Assembly: GCA_913043225.1 (NCBI GenBank)
Contig: CAJWLU010000002.1
Span: 224,001 to 288,000, forward strand
Length of the DNA: 64,000 nt
Source of the DNA: an uncultured Acidobacteriota bacterium
GTDB taxonomy: Bacteria > Acidobacteriota > Vicinamibacteria > Vicinamibacterales > UBA8438
Direction: 5' to 3'
The notes beneath the pieces were generated by a model. It searched no databases. It saw nothing but the letters and a program-made list of their open reading frames with translations, and was not told the DNA's origin. Both the position numbers and the translations under genes were made by a program. Below, in pieces: positions 1 through 9,185 of the stretch (its first letter is position 1; each line of letters starts with the position of its first letter).

Positions 1-1483
1 TCGACATCATGCCGAAGTAGAAGATGAAGAAGTGGGCGGCCAGAGTCACCACGCCCAGGTTTTCCAGCACGGATCCGATCAGAGTGGCCAGCAGGAGATA
101 ACAGACGGCCGAGGGTAGGCCCATGCCTAGGATAATCGACGACACCATGATCAGCACCAGCGCGAGGAAGAGGCTCTGCTCGGCCAGCGGAAGGATCGTG
201 GCTGGCAAGCGGGTGCCGATGCCGGTCAGGGTGACGATGCCGATGATGATGCCCACTGACGCCGACGCCGCCACCAGCGAAATGACATCACGGGCCGACT
301 TGACGAAGGCCTTGAAGATAGCGCCTACCTCCAGACGGGTGCGCGGGTGGAATGCCCCCACCACCACGATGGCTAGCAGCGACATGCTTACGGCGCGGAA
401 GGGCGTGTAGCCGACGATCAATAGCGTGATCAGAGTGCCGAGCGCGGTCACGAAGACCATCCCCTCGGGACGCAGCTCCGCCAGCGACTTGGTCTGGGTC
501 GGCTCGGCGTCGTCGACCGAGGCGGTGGCGGAGACGCTTCGCGCCTGGAAGTGAGTGATCAGGAACAGCGACAGGTAGTACAGGACCCCTGGGATCAGGG
601 CGGCGCGGATGATCTGGAGATAGGTTACCCCGGGGATGATCTCCAGCATCATGTAGGCGCCGGCGCCCATCACTGGTGGCATCAGCGCGCCGCCGGAGCT
701 GGCGGCGGCCTGAATGCCTGCGGCCGTCGTCGCCTTGAAGCCGGCACTCCGCATCATCGGGATCGTAAAGGTGCCGGTGGTCGCGGTATTGGCCACCGCG
801 CTTCCCGAGAGCGATCCCATGAGCCCGCTGCTGAGCACCGCCACCTTGGCCGGGCCGCCCGGGCTTCGGCCGAAGACCGACTGCGCGAAATCGATGATGA
901 ACTTCGTAGCCCCGGTGGCGCTCAGGAATGCTCCGAAGATGACGAACAGGAACACGTACGTGAACATCACCCCCAAGGCCACGCCAAAGGTGCCCTGCGC
1001 TTGCAGGAACGTCTGTGCCACGATGCGGGGCAGCGTGTAGCCACGGTGGGGGAATAGCCAGTCGGGCATGCTGGGCCCGATATAGGCGTAGATCAGGAAG
1101 AGCCCGCACAGAATCGGGAGCGCCCAACCGAGCGATCGCCGCGCCGCCTCGATCACCAGTACGAGGCCGATGACACCCACCAGTATGTCGGTTGGCGTTT
1201 CGAATCCGGCCCGATTCCCGAGGGTCGACCCGTTCTGCCAGAACGCCTCAAAGTACGGCTCGTTCTGCATCATGACCCAGCCGCAGCAGGCAGCGGCGAG
1301 CAACGCCAGGACCACGTCGCTGGCCTTGGCTACCGGATGGTTTTTGAGCGAAGGGTGAAGCGGAACGTTGAGGAAGCAGATGACGAGCCCCAGCAGGGCG
1401 AATAGCGCTAGCTGGGGGAGCGGGGCCAGCAGCGGATAGTTCACTTGTACCAGTGTGAACACGCAAAGCCCGACCGCCAGCAC
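1..1483 (-). CDS. TRAP transporter fused 4TM/12TM permease (partial, runs off the left edge)
   Basis: Not in the ORF track. Manual translation gives ...WLFPHRGY...GTFGVALGVMFTYVFLFVIFGAFL...GGPAKVAVLSSGLMGSLSGSAVANTATTGTFTIPMM...AAASSGGALMPPVMGAGAYMM, the hallmark fused TRAP permease motifs. It lies directly downstream of a TAXI gene. Start is uncertain (GTG 1483 or CTG 1513). Confidence 0.92.
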   Translation of the reverse strand, partial: MLAVGLCVFTLVQVNYPLLAPLPQLALFALLGLVICFLNVPLHPSLKNHPVAKASDVVLALLAAACCGWVMMQNEPYFEAFWQNGSTLGNRAGFETPTDILVGVIGLVLVIEAARRSLGWALPILCGLFLIYAYIGPSMPDWLFPHRGYTLPRIVAQTFLQAQGTFGVALGVMFTYVFLFVIFGAFLSATGATKFIIDFAQSVFGRSPGGPAKVAVLSSGLMGSLSGSAVANTATTGTFTIPMMRSAGFKATTAAGIQAAASSGGALMPPVMGAGAYMMLEIIPGVTYLQIIRAALIPGVLYYLSLFLITHFQARSVSATASVDDAEPTQTKSLAELRPEGMVFVTALGTLITLLIVGYTPFRAVSMSLLAIVVVGAFHPRTRLEVGAIFKAFVKSARDVISLVAASASVGIIIGIVTLTGIGTRLPATILPLAEQSLFLALVLIMVSSIILGMGLPSAVCYLLLATLIGSVLENLGVVTLAAHFFIFYFGMMS

Positions 1484-1530
1484 ACGGGTGACGTGCTGCC
1501 GCGGAGTGACCAGGCCAGAGGGTGCCGTCT

Positions 1531-2511
1531 TTACGGCCAGATTCCGATCTCCTGATAGAAGCGGATGGAGCCGGGGTGAAACTCTGTGCCGCTGTCACGC
1601 ACCACGTTGGCGGCCACGATGGCCCGACCGGCACCGTGGCGCTCCACCACGCTGGCCGCGTTCTCGTAGAGCGTCTTCGTGACGTTGTAGACCAATTCCT
1701 CGTCGGCGTTTGACGAGGTGATTAGGTGCATCGACCCGACGTCGAGTCCCTCGAACGCCTCGTTCTGGCCGCGGTAGGTGTCGGCTGGGATCGTCGCCGG
1801 GCGGAAGAACAGATACTCGTCGATCAGTCCCTGCTTGGCGGTCTCGTCGAAGGGAATGAAGTGGATGTCCTGCGACGCCGACGCCTGGGTGATGGCCGGG
1901 TTGGGAATCGCGCCGCCCACGAACACTGCCGCCGCCGAACCGTCGGCCAGCAGGTCGACGGCCCCGGACTGGGTGGCATTGACCGGGTCGAAATCGTCGT
2001 AGGTGATGCCATGCGCGCCGAGCAGCGGACGGATGAAGTACTCGAAGCCAGCTCCTGCCACGCCGACGCCGACACGTTCACCGCGCAGATCCGCCATCGT
2101 CTCGACACCCGAGTCGGTCGGCGTGATCCAGAGCGCGACATTGGGCGCCAGCGTCATCACCGTGCGCATCGGGTAGGCCTGGTCCCAGCCCTCGGTGCCA
2201 CGCACGGCGAAGTAGGTGATGGCGGCGTTCGATAGAGCGAAATCGAGCTCGCCGCTCACTAGTCGACGGATGTTCTCCTGCGAGCCGCTGGTCGCCTCAG
2301 CGGTGGTGTTCCAGCCAAAGCCGGCGCCGAACTCGTTCATGACCTCGGCCAGCGCGCTCCCGAAGACGAAGAAGGTCCCGCCCGGGGGCGCGGTGCCCAT
2401 ACTCACGAAGACCCGCGACGGCGCGTCATCGTTACCGCCACCGTCCCCGCCGCCGCACGCGACGGCGGTCGCGGCGAGAGTGAGCGCTATACAAAACCCA
2501 AGTCGACGCAT
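1531..2511 (-). CDS. TAXI-family TRAP solute-binding lipoprotein
   Basis: Lipobox (AVAC), GTAPPGGTFF, ATSGSQENI, DLRGERVGVG, C-terminal FHPGSIRFYQE; AGGAG upstream of the ATG. Confidence 0.92.
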   Translation of the reverse strand: MRRLGFCIALTLAATAVACGGGDGGGNDDAPSRVFVSMGTAPPGGTFFVFGSALAEVMNEFGAGFGWNTTAEATSGSQENIRRLVSGELDFALSNAAITYFAVRGTEGWDQAYPMRTVMTLAPNVALWITPTDSGVETMADLRGERVGVGVAGAGFEYFIRPLLGAHGITYDDFDPVNATQSGAVDLLADGSAAAVFVGGAIPNPAITQASASQDIHFIPFDETAKQGLIDEYLFFRPATIPADTYRGQNEAFEGLDVGSMHLITSSNADEELVYNVTKTLYENAASVVERHGAGRAIVAANVVRDSGTEFHPGSIRFYQEIGIWP

Positions 2512-2664
2512 CTGCTTGCTTCTCCTGGCCCGGACCGCTCGTGGTCAGGGCGAAGTCCCTTGGATCGAACCCGTGACCGCGAGCGGTCAGAGCGGAATCG
2601 TCCAGGTCGGACCCGTAATGGTACCCCAGGGCCGACGCGGGGACCGCACGGACGGCAAAGAAAC

Positions 2665-3019
2665 CGGTCCGAAGATGGAGAGCAGGTGTCCGTCTAGATC
2701 CCGGAAGTTGGCGGCCTACTGGTCACGTTTCGTGGTGCGGCGAGAAATTCGATGCCGCGGGCCGAGAGTGTCACTTGGGCTTGGTTAACGTCGTCGACCA
2801 CGAACACGATTTCCGTGTCGTGTGCGACCGGCTCGGAGAGTTTGGCGTGCGCCGTGCTCAGCGTCAGCGTGATCCCGCCATTACCAAGAAACACGGACCC
2901 CTCGCGTTCTGAGACTGCATCGCACGATCGAGCGTTTCGACGTAGAAGTCGACCGACCGGACCAGGTCCGTCGTGCCCAGCATGACCTTCGAGACACCCT
3001 TGAGCTTGACGTTAGTCAT
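2665..3019 (-). pseudogene. VOC/glyoxalase-family gene, frameshifted
   Basis: ATG 3019 overlaps the upstream stop (GATGACTAA). Three frames join up: MTNVKLKGVSKVMLGTTDLVRSVDFYVETL / EGSVFLGNGGITLTL...EIVFVVDDVNQA...LSARGIEF / DQ*AANFRDLDGHLLSIFGP. Two frameshifts (about 2900 and 2722) plus a TAG at 2716-2718. Confidence 0.8.
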
Positions 3020-4334
3020 CGGCCGAATCCTTCACCACGAACCGCCGCGATTTCAGTTCGAATCGAGGCAGCGTACCCGCGTCGACGGCGCACACGGGCA
3101 CGGTCAGACCGAGTGCCTCCTGCACCACCTGACCGACCCTGGCGGCGACCGTCTCTGGTTCGCCCGTCGTCGGCGCAACCTCGACTTCGATCGACAGCTC
3201 GTGGAGCGGACTCGTGGCGTTCACGGTCGAGCGGAATTCGGTCACTTGGGTTACCTGTCGAACTAGCGCTTCGATCGCAACCGGATAGACGTTGACTCCT
3301 CGCACACAAACCATGTCGTCCGCGCGTGACAGCACCCCGCCCTCGATCTGGCGGAGTGTACGGCCGCATGTACAGGGCGTCGATCGAAGTCTGACGATGT
3401 CCCTGGTGCGGTAGCGAATGACGGGGCTGGCGATGCGCCCCAGGTTGGTGACGACGAGCTCCCCTGGCTCGCCCTCCGCCGCTGGCCGGTCCGAGCCGGG
3501 ATCGAGGAGCTCACAGATGAACTGCGTCTCGTTTAGGTGAAGCGCGCCCGGGTGTTCCCAGCACTCGAAGCTCACCGGGCCCACCTCGGTCAGTCCGTGG
3601 TGATCGATCACCCTGGCGCCCCAGCCTTGCTCGATCTGCCAGCGCGTGGCGTCGATGCTGCCGCCTGGTTCTCCGGCGACCACGATGGTGCGCACCGTCG
3701 AGATGGGCAGATCTAGGCCCATGGCCCGCGCCACCTCGAGAAGACGGAGCGCATAGGTGGGGGTGCAGCAGACGACCTCGGGAGCCACCGCGTCGAGGAG
3801 CTTGAGCCTGGTCTCGCTCGACATGCCTCCCGCCGGCACGACTCGGGCCCCGAGCTGAGTCGCCGCGTCGAAGGCCGACCAGAACCCGAGGAACGGTCCG
3901 AAGCCGAACGGGAACAGGATAGTGTCGCCAATCCCGATGCGGGCGGCGTGGAACACCGAACGCCAGCAGTCGGCGACCCAGCGCCAGCTCTCCGGAGTGT
4001 CGAGCCAGCGGAGCGGCGGGCCGGTGGTGGACGAAGTTTGGTGATAGCGGGTGTAGCGGGTCAGCGGTTCGGTGTGCGCGGTGCCCCAAGGAGGCGTGGC
4101 TGCCTGGTCCGATGCGAGCTCCTGCTTCGTGGTTAGGGGAAGCCGCGCCAGGTCTTCCAGGGTACGGATCTCGCTGAGATTGACCCCAGCGGACAGGAAT
4201 TTCTCCGTATAGAAGCGATTCGTGCCGTCCACTGCACCGAGTAGCTCCGTCAGTCGGACGAACTGCTGGTGCCGACGTTCGTCACTCGAGAGGCACTCCG
4301 ACGGGGGCGGTGCCCACCGCGGGTCGCCCGTCAT
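3012..4334 (-). CDS. Phenylacetate-CoA ligase (PaaK)-like aryl-CoA ligase
   Basis: LPLTTKQEL, P-loop QTSSTTG, CTPTYAL, AGEPGG, HHGLTEVG, GELVVTNL, IRYRTRD, RADDMVCVRGVNVYP, LPRFELKSRR. Confidence 0.88.
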   Translation of the reverse strand: MTGDPRWAPPPSECLSSDERRHQQFVRLTELLGAVDGTNRFYTEKFLSAGVNLSEIRTLEDLARLPLTTKQELASDQAATPPWGTAHTEPLTRYTRYHQTSSTTGPPLRWLDTPESWRWVADCWRSVFHAARIGIGDTILFPFGFGPFLGFWSAFDAATQLGARVVPAGGMSSETRLKLLDAVAPEVVCCTPTYALRLLEVARAMGLDLPISTVRTIVVAGEPGGSIDATRWQIEQGWGARVIDHHGLTEVGPVSFECWEHPGALHLNETQFICELLDPGSDRPAAEGEPGELVVTNLGRIASPVIRYRTRDIVRLRSTPCTCGRTLRQIEGGVLSRADDMVCVRGVNVYPVAIEALVRQVTQVTEFRSTVNATSPLHELSIEVEVAPTTGEPETVAARVGQVVQEALGLTVPVCAVDAGTLPRFELKSRRFVVKDSADD

Positions 4335-4765
4335 AACGACCCTGCTCCCGGTGCTTCCGTGAAGCGCTCGGCGATTTCGGCCGGGATGGGCGTGCCCCGC
4401 ATCGGCTCACCGGGCACTTTGGTGACGCAAGCGATGGTGAGGGCGCCTCTCGCCACGGTATCTCCTGCCGACTTGATCTCGGCGGTGTAGGAGAGGCTCT
4501 TCCCCGACTTCCGCGCGATCCTGAGCACAACCTCGAACTCGTCCTCAAAGCGCAGCGGTCTCAAGAACTCGAAATTCGTGGCGACCCGAGGGAATCCGAT
4601 GCGGGCCGAGGGCGGCGCGATGCTCAGACCGGCTTTCCGCCACATGGCGTGTTCGGCTTCCTCCATGTACCGAAAGAACACGCTGAAGTGGACGATGCCG
4701 GCGGTGTCGGTCTCGTAGAACTGAACGCGACGCTTGAGGCGGAACTCGCTGATCGGAGTAAACAT
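4331..4765 (-). CDS. Hotdog-fold acyl-CoA thioesterase (4HBT/YbgC family)
   Basis: RRVQFYETDTAGIVHFSVFFRYMEEAE with the catalytic Asp; EFLRPLRFEDE. Likely start ATG 4765 (ORF track extends to 4795). Stop overlaps the next start (ATGA). Confidence 0.88.
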   Translation of the reverse strand: MFTPISEFRLKRRVQFYETDTAGIVHFSVFFRYMEEAEHAMWRKAGLSIAPPSARIGFPRVATNFEFLRPLRFEDEFEVVLRIARKSGKSLSYTAEIKSAGDTVARGALTIACVTKVPGEPMRGTPIPAEIAERFTEAPGAGSL

Positions 4766-4791
4766 GGCAGGGGTTTGACCACTCCCGCCTC

Positions 4792-6045
4792 TCAACTCGC
4801 CACCGGGGCCGGACGCGGGCCGCCCTGCGCCAGGTAGCTGTTCATCGCCTCGAACAGCGGTTGCAGGTCCTTGTAGACGTTTCCGACCAGAGCATCGACA
4901 AGTTGCGGCTGCAGATCTGGGTGCTCGCTAACAAACTCGCCGAAGTTGAAGGTCCGGTCGTAGAACGCCATGACCAAGTGCCGGAAGCTGTCCAGGCCGT
5001 GCCGCACGTCCCGTGTGTAGCTCTCGAATGCGGCGGCAGACACATCACCCTGATCGAGCGCCGTATGGATGGCGTCGGCCGCAAGTTCGCCCCCTTTGAG
5101 CGCGAGAAAGACACCGGATGAAAAGACGGGATCCAGGAACGAGAAGGCGTCACCGACCAGCACGAAGCCGTCGCCGGCCGCCTGGGTGGCCCGATAGCTA
5201 AACTCTCCGGTGACCCGCATCGGTCCCAGATAGGTGCCAGGCGTGATGTGGTCCTTGATCCAGGAGCATCCATTGGCCTCGCGGCAGAAGATCTCTTCAG
5301 GGTCGCGGCTGTTGCGATAGAGATATTCGTGATCCGCGACCAGGCCGACGCTTACGGTATCGTCCGCCAACGGGATGTACCAGAACCACCCTTTGTCGGC
5401 GATGTAGGCCACCGTCGTAGCGCCTTCGTCCAGTCCGGGGTCCCGTTTGGCGCCCTTGAAGTAGGTGAAGATTGCCAGCTTCTTGAGGTCAGGGTCTCGT
5501 CGTTTCCACCCCAGGCGGCTCGCTAGTAGGGTGTCGCGTCCGGTGGCGTCGACGACCACCTTTGATGACAGCTCCTCGGTTGTGTTGCCCGACTGCGCCG
5601 TGACGCCGACGACCTGGTTGCCGTCTCGAATGATGTCTTGCACCCGAACGCCCTCGCGCACCTCAACGCCGTGCGACGCGGCGTTCTCCAGCATCATCCG
5701 GTCGAAGTCGCTGCGCAGGATCTGCCAGGTGCTCGCGCATTCGTGCTCGATTGTTTGGAAGAAGTAGAACGGCTGACTGACCTTGCCCGAGGTCGACACG
5801 AACTGGACACTGTGTTTGAGCGGGCTCCCCGAGGTCTTCAGCCAGTCGAGTACCCCGAGGCGCTCGAAGCTGAACCAGGTGTAGGGCATCAGCGATTCAC
5901 CGATGTGATGCCTGGGGAACTGTTCCCGCTCGAGCAGGAGCACCCTGCGCCCGTGCTGCGCCAGCACTGTCGCCGTGGCCGCCCCGGCCGGTCCTCCGCC
6001 AGCCACGACCGCATCCCAGGTTCCGTTCGTGCTCATGCCGCTCAC
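4792..6045 (-). CDS. Flavin-dependent halogenase-like FAD oxidoreductase
   Basis: GGGPAG FAD motif, FPRHHIGESL, conserved Lys in SPLKHS, RSDFD, VDATGR, WFWYIP (WxWxIP), GDA followed by FLDPVFSSG (Fx.Px.Sx.G). Confidence 0.82.
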   Translation of the reverse strand: MSGMSTNGTWDAVVAGGGPAGAATATVLAQHGRRVLLLEREQFPRHHIGESLMPYTWFSFERLGVLDWLKTSGSPLKHSVQFVSTSGKVSQPFYFFQTIEHECASTWQILRSDFDRMMLENAASHGVEVREGVRVQDIIRDGNQVVGVTAQSGNTTEELSSKVVVDATGRDTLLASRLGWKRRDPDLKKLAIFTYFKGAKRDPGLDEGATTVAYIADKGWFWYIPLADDTVSVGLVADHEYLYRNSRDPEEIFCREANGCSWIKDHITPGTYLGPMRVTGEFSYRATQAAGDGFVLVGDAFSFLDPVFSSGVFLALKGGELAADAIHTALDQGDVSAAAFESYTRDVRHGLDSFRHLVMAFYDRTFNFGEFVSEHPDLQPQLVDALVGNVYKDLQPLFEAMNSYLAQGGPRPAPVAS

Positions 6046-6046
6046 C

Positions 6047-6628
6047 TCACACGAGTGGCAACACCTCGACGATGTCGCCGACTTTCCGACCCCCGCTCGC
6101 CATCTCCGTGCGGCGCCCGTAGAGCGTCCGTGACTCGCGCATCCAGAACACTCCCATCATCTCCGGGTTCGGTTCAAGAGCGAGGAACGCCTTCGCATGG
6201 CTGTCGTAGTTGAATCGCCTCTCGCGGAGCAGCCGCCCGAGAGGCACCTCGTTGCGCAGAATCTGCTGGGTCAGTTTCGTGCCGAACGCGTCCAGCTTGA
6301 TCCGGATTGCGCCCATCTCTACCGGTCGCCCCGTGTACTCCTGCACCAGTAGCACCCGCCTGAAATACCACCCGCCAAGCGTGAACGTGCCGAGTGCGCG
6401 GAGCACGACCCGTCCCCCGTAGTGGTGCTCCAGCCGGCTGGTCATATCCTCTCCATGGACCAGCAACGAATGATACGGGGCCGGGATTTGCTCCGGCGTG
6501 ACGATCTTCCAAATCGGCATTTCGATACCGGCGCGACCATAGACCTTGTCCAGCGGATACAGTGTGCCGCTGACTGATGACCGTTTCTTCGGCATGGTGT
6601 GGAGCCGTCGGACCGAAGAACTCGTCAT
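6047..6628 (-). CDS. Chorismate pyruvate-lyase (UbiC)-fold protein
   Basis: Motifs colinear with E. coli UbiC as recalled: LLVHGEDMTSRLE ~ LLLEDSMTKRFE; FRRVLL ~ LREILL; VPLGRLL ~ TPLGRYL; LYGRRT ~ LWGRRS; IVEVLP ~ LTELFLP. Confidence 0.65.
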   Translation of the reverse strand: MTSSSVRRLHTMPKKRSSVSGTLYPLDKVYGRAGIEMPIWKIVTPEQIPAPYHSLLVHGEDMTSRLEHHYGGRVVLRALGTFTLGGWYFRRVLLVQEYTGRPVEMGAIRIKLDAFGTKLTQQILRNEVPLGRLLRERRFNYDSHAKAFLALEPNPEMMGVFWMRESRTLYGRRTEMASGGRKVGDIVEVLPLV

Positions 6629-6635
6629 TGCGGTC

Positions 6636-6662
6636 CTCCTGTCTCCTGTCTCCTGTCTCCTG
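6636..6662 (-). repeat. Heptamer tandem repeat (ACAGGAG) x about 4, forming stacked Shine-Dalgarno motifs
   Basis: The + strand reads ctcctgt ctcctgt ctcctgt ctcctg, filling most of the gap between the radical SAM stop and the ATG at 6628. Confidence 0.9.
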
Positions 6663-6667
6663 GCGAG

Positions 6668-7999
6668 CTAGGTGTACCTAATCTTCGTGTGCTCTGGCAG
6701 GAAGAAGCGTGGCAGCAGACTGTCGACTCGGAGCAATCCGGCTCTCGTTAGTGCGACCTGTTCGCCGTCGGCTGCTAGCAAATAGCCGTCTCTACGCAGC
6801 GACGTGAGCGGCTCGCCGAAGCGTTCGATCACGTCGACGCCGTACTTCTGTCTGAAGGAGCCTGGCTGGATCGAGCCGAGCTTGAGCTGGAGCACAAACT
6901 CCCGGATTAAACGCTCTTCGTCGGTCGGTCTGAACGCCCGGTTGAGCGGTAGCTTCCCGCCCTGGACGGCTGCGGCATAGGGTCCCCACGTGTCGAGGTT
7001 CTGCATATGCACGCCGTTGACGTGCCCAAACGACGCTACCCCGAGCGCCGCGAGATCAGCCCCACGCCACAGTTGGTCTCGATAGACGAACCTGGTCCGA
7101 TCCGGTTGCTTGACTGCGGTGTAAGCGCTCCCGACGGTGTAGCCTGCTGCTTCGAGCGCGGCGAACGCCTCATCCACCCAGCGCCGCTTGGTATCCCAGT
7201 CGGCTACCCGTTCGGCGAACTGCCCGGTGCCCTGCAGCAGGTCGCTGCTGATTGTCGTGTTGTAGGGCAGCTCCATCTGATAGATGGTCACGCTGTCCGG
7301 GCTCATGTCGATGGTGCGCGCGACGGCGTTGCGCCACCGTTCGTCGGTGTCGCCCAGCATCCCGGCGATGAGGTCGATGTTGATCTGCGGAAAGTCGAGC
7401 GACTGCGCGAACCCGTAGGCACGAAAGATTTCGGCCGACCGGTGGGCACGTCCGTTCAGTTCGAGGACCTCGTCGTCGAAGTGTTCGAGGCCCAGGCTGA
7501 GCCGGGTGATGCCCATGTCGCGAATCTGGGCCAGCTTCGGTTCGGTCAGTGTTCCCGGCTCGCACTCGAACGTGATCTCCTCGGCGCTCGTCCATGGCGT
7601 CACGGCGGTGAGCCGGTCCACCAGGCTCTGCAGTTGCTTGACGGAGAGAAACGACGGGGTGCCGCCCCCGAAGTACACGAAGTTCAACGGGCGGCCGGCG
7701 ATGGCCGGTTGAGTGGCATAGAGCTCCCATTCGCGTGCCACCACATCGAGATACTCCGCGACCTCGCTGGCGTTCTTGTCGGTGTACACCCGGTAGTAGC
7801 AGAAGTGGCACCGTTTTCGGCAGAACGGAATATGGAGATAGAGGCCGAGCGGGACCTCGGCTGGAGGCTGGTTCAGGGCCGGCCGCGCCTCGGACTCCAC
7901 TGCCTCGTGTGTCCAGAGTGAGAAAGGTGGGTAGTTGGCGACGAAGTAGCTGCCGACTTCGGTGGAATCTGCCGGGCGGGTCGGTGAGGTGTCGCTCAT
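6668..7999 (-). CDS. HemN-like radical SAM enzyme (coproporphyrinogen III oxidase family; not true HemN or HemW)
   Basis: LYLHIPFCRKRCHFC (CxxxCxxC), YFGGGTPS, FECEP, RLSLG, NIDLIAG and a HemN_C-like C-terminus. Confidence 0.9.
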   Translation of the reverse strand: MSDTSPTRPADSTEVGSYFVANYPPFSLWTHEAVESEARPALNQPPAEVPLGLYLHIPFCRKRCHFCYYRVYTDKNASEVAEYLDVVAREWELYATQPAIAGRPLNFVYFGGGTPSFLSVKQLQSLVDRLTAVTPWTSAEEITFECEPGTLTEPKLAQIRDMGITRLSLGLEHFDDEVLELNGRAHRSAEIFRAYGFAQSLDFPQINIDLIAGMLGDTDERWRNAVARTIDMSPDSVTIYQMELPYNTTISSDLLQGTGQFAERVADWDTKRRWVDEAFAALEAAGYTVGSAYTAVKQPDRTRFVYRDQLWRGADLAALGVASFGHVNGVHMQNLDTWGPYAAAVQGGKLPLNRAFRPTDEERLIREFVLQLKLGSIQPGSFRQKYGVDVIERFGEPLTSLRRDGYLLAADGEQVALTRAGLLRVDSLLPRFFLPEHTKIRYT

Positions 8000-8051
8000 G
8001 CTCGAAATATACCTGTGTGCCGACGATGGGGTCAGATCGGCCCGTCCGAGA

Positions 8052-9185
8052 CTAGCCGAAGCAATACAGCACGCCGTCGCCGGACCCGATTACCAACTTG
8101 CCCTCGGCGATCGCCGGCGACGCTACTAGCGGGGCGGCGGTATCGAACTCCCACAGTTTCTCTCCGCTCTCGAGATCTAGGACATAGAGACGTCCGTCGC
8201 TCGAGCCGGCATAGACGCGGTCGCCGCTGGCCGCTGGAGACGAGTCCACTCTGGCGCGGGTCGTGAACGTCCACTTCGCTTCGCCAGTCGCCTCGTCGAT
8301 GGCGTGGACCATCTTGTCCCGCCCACCGACGACGATGGTCCCGTCGATGGCTAGGGCCGAGGAGTAGTAAGGGAAGTGGCGACGCGGATGTTCGTATCGC
8401 CACAGCAGTTCGTGGGTTTTGAGATCGAGACCAATTACTTCGTTGTCGTAGGTGCCGAAGAAGACCTTGCCGTCGCTGATGACCGGTGACGCGATAGTAT
8501 AGGCGCCCGCCGAGACTGCCACCACCTCCTCACCATCGCTGACCCGCACGCCGTGGAAGATCTCGTCGCATCCCCCGAAGTAGGCGATACCGTCGTGCAC
8601 GGCGGGTGTGGCGTGCACGTAGTTCGCAGTCTCGTACTGCCAGGTCATCGAGCCGTCTTCTATGGCAAGCGAGTAGAGGAACCCGTCGTAGGAGCCGATC
8701 ATGACGTGGTCGCCCACGATGACCGGTGACGACTTGATTTCGCCGAGCGTCTCGTAGGTCCAGCGCGCCTCGCCGGTCTGGACGTCGATGGCGTGGAACA
8801 CCCCTCCCAGGTCGCCGATGAACACCAAGCCGTCAGCCACCGCTGGCGATGATTCACCGATGCCCATGTCGCCGGTGGAATAGGTCCACTTCTCCTCTCC
8901 CGACTCGAGGTCAAGCGCCACTACTGTGCCCGCCCAGGTGCCAAAGTAGACGGTGCCGTCGACGATGGCCGCTGACGAATCGATGGCTTCGTCAGCCTCA
9001 TACGTCCACTGCAGCGTGAGCTCGGCCGGCAGCGTGGAGCCGGAGACACCGGTGAGAGAGGTATTGCCCCGGAACTGTGGCCAGGCGTCTGGGGAAGTGG
9101 TGGTGGGCCCCTGGGCTCCCAGAGGGCTGACGAGCCCGAGCGCCCCGAGGGTAAGTGCTGCGAAGGCCGTAACTAGAACGCGCAT
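8052..9185 (-). CDS. Secreted PQQ-binding-like (BamB-like) beta-propeller protein
   Basis: Signal peptide [17 protein letters not shown]..., WPQFRG, about 8 repeats of SSPxxxDGxVY/F...ALDxxxGExxW. The start overlaps the ADH 3' end by 13 nt. Confidence 0.88.
   Translation of the reverse strand: MRVLVTAFAALTLGALGLVSPLGAQGPTTTSPDAWPQFRGNTSLTGVSGSTLPAELTLQWTYEADEAIDSSAAIVDGTVYFGTWAGTVVALDLESGEEKWTYSTGDMGIGESSPAVADGLVFIGDLGGVFHAIDVQTGEARWTYETLGEIKSSPVIVGDHVMIGSYDGFLYSLAIEDGSMTWQYETANYVHATPAVHDGIAYFGGCDEIFHGVRVSDGEEVVAVSAGAYTIASPVISDGKVFFGTYDNEVIGLDLKTHELLWRYEHPRRHFPYYSSALAIDGTIVVGGRDKMVHAIDEATGEAKWTFTTRARVDSSPAASGDRVYAGSSDGRLYVLDLESGEKLWEFDTAAPLVASPAIAEGKLVIGSGDGVLYCFG

Noticed and set aside
6668..7999. 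Calling this gene hemN or hemW
   Set aside because: The diagnostic motifs are absent and there is no heme-pathway context.
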